7,158 nt of DNA from a virus (lineage: Duplodnaviria > Heunggongvirae > Uroviricota > Caudoviricetes): IMG/VR virus record IMGVR_UViG_2541047701_000004. One strand, given 5' to 3'. Position numbers and translations under genes: made by a program. The notes under the pieces are model-generated. The model was not told where the DNA came from, searched no databases, and worked only from the letters and a program-made list of their open reading frames with translations. Shown here piece after piece: positions 6,027 through 7,158 of this stretch (the first letter of the stretch is position 1; each line of letters begins with the position of its first letter).

Positions 6027-7158
6027 ACCCCGATCTCACAAAATCTCTATACCCAATTTATATTGCAAATTAGATAAGCGAACCGGAAAGGTATATTGGC
6101 AATACAAACATCCACTATCCGGTCGTTTTCATAGCTTAGGAACTGATGAGAATGAAGCAAAACAAGTTGCTACTGAAGCAAATACCATTATTGCTGAACA
6201 ACGTACCAGACAAATATTAAGCGTCAATGAGCGTCTGGAAAGAATGAAAGGCAGGCGCTCAGACATTACGGTGACAGAATGGCTTGATAAATATATTTCT
6301 ATCCAAGAGGACAGGCTGCAACATAATGAACTAAGACCCAACTCCTATCGGCAAAAAGGCAAACCCATTCGTCTTTTCCGTGAGCATTGTGGAATGCAAC
6401 ACCTCAAGGATATTACCGCACTTGATATTGCCGAAATAATTGATGCTGTAAAGGCTGAAGGTCATAACAGGATGGCGCAAGTCGTGAGAATGGTGTTGAT
6501 CGACGTCTTCAAAGAAGCACAACACGCAGGACATGTTCCGCCAGGATTTAACCCAGCGCAGGCAACAAAACAACCGCGAAATCGAGTAAACCGCCAAAGA
6601 TTGTCACTGCCCGAATGGCAGGCAATATTTGACAGCGTAAGCAGACGGCAGCCCTATTTAAAATGCGGCATGCTACTTGCTCTTGTTACTGGACAACGTT
6701 TAGGCGATATCTGCAATTTGAAATTCTCTGATATATGGGACGACATGTTGCACATTACTCAGGAAAAAACCGGTTCAAAACTTGCTATTCCGCTTAACCT
6801 GAAATGCGATGCTCTGAATATTACCCTTCGTGAAGTTATATCTCAGTGCAGGGATGCTGTTGTTAGTAAATATCTGGTCCATTACCGTCACACTACCTCT
6901 CAAGCAAACAGAGGAGACCAGGTTTCTGCGAATACTCTGACAACGGCTTTTAAAAAGGCCCGGGAAAAATGTGGCATAAAATGGGAGCAAGGAACTGCGC
7001 CCACATTTCATGAGCAGCGATCTCTGTCAGAACGGTTATATCGGGAACAGGGTCTGGATACGCAAAAGTTGTTAGGCCATAAATCCAGAAAAATGACCGA
7101 CCGATACAATGATGATCGTGGTAAAGACTGGATTATCGTAGATATCAAAACAGCATAG
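6016..7158 (+). CDS. int: Tyrosine integrase (lambda Int family)
   Basis: A 380-aa ORF with the conserved lambda-Int C-terminal signature ...TFHEQRSLSERLY...LLGHKSRKMTDRYNDDRGKDW (compare lambda ...TFHELRSLSARLY...LLGHKSDTMASQYRDDRGREW). The stop codon is the last three bases of the window. Confidence 0.95.
   Translation: MAARPRSHKISIPNLYCKLDKRTGKVYWQYKHPLSGRFHSLGTDENEAKQVATEANTIIAEQRTRQILSVNERLERMKGRRSDITVTEWLDKYISIQEDRLQHNELRPNSYRQKGKPIRLFREHCGMQHLKDITALDIAEIIDAVKAEGHNRMAQVVRMVLIDVFKEAQHAGHVPPGFNPAQATKQPRNRVNRQRLSLPEWQAIFDSVSRRQPYLKCGMLLALVTGQRLGDICNLKFSDIWDDMLHITQEKTGSKLAIPLNLKCDALNITLREVISQCRDAVVSKYLVHYRHTTSQANRGDQVSANTLTTAFKKAREKCGIKWEQGTAPTFHEQRSLSERLYREQGLDTQKLLGHKSRKMTDRYNDDRGKDWIIVDIKTA

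Noticed and set aside
6129-7011. Minus-strand ORFs inside int (6129..6341, 6331..6597, 6775..7011)
   Set aside because: They are antisense to a clearly identified integrase gene.

Overview
This window is the distal pL (early-left) arm of a lambda-like prophage, with every phage gene on the + strand except sieB. The order is sieB (-), orf28-like peptide, ral, ea10, cIII, kil, gam, bet, exo, orf60a, orf63, an orf61-like region, orf73 (TraR-like), two small genes that do not look like lambda ea22/ea8.5, then xis and int, which ends at the window edge. The proteins are near-identical to phage lambda as I recall it but carry scattered substitutions, so this is a relative of lambda rather than lambda itself; all identifications are from memory, with no search run. 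The left edge (1..~402) is the 3' end of an IS21-family element (partial istB plus a repeat-bearing terminus) that abuts the 3' end of sieB where the N gene and immunity region would be expected. I see no CRISPR array, tRNA or rRNA. Most of the window is well-described lambda biology (anti-restriction Ral, RecBCD inhibitor Gam, FtsZ inhibitor Kil, FtsH inhibitor CIII, Red recombination, SieB exclusion). The parts that deserve a second look are the exo-xis variable segment (4.5-5.7 kb), the IS junction, and a few small-scale sequence anomalies.
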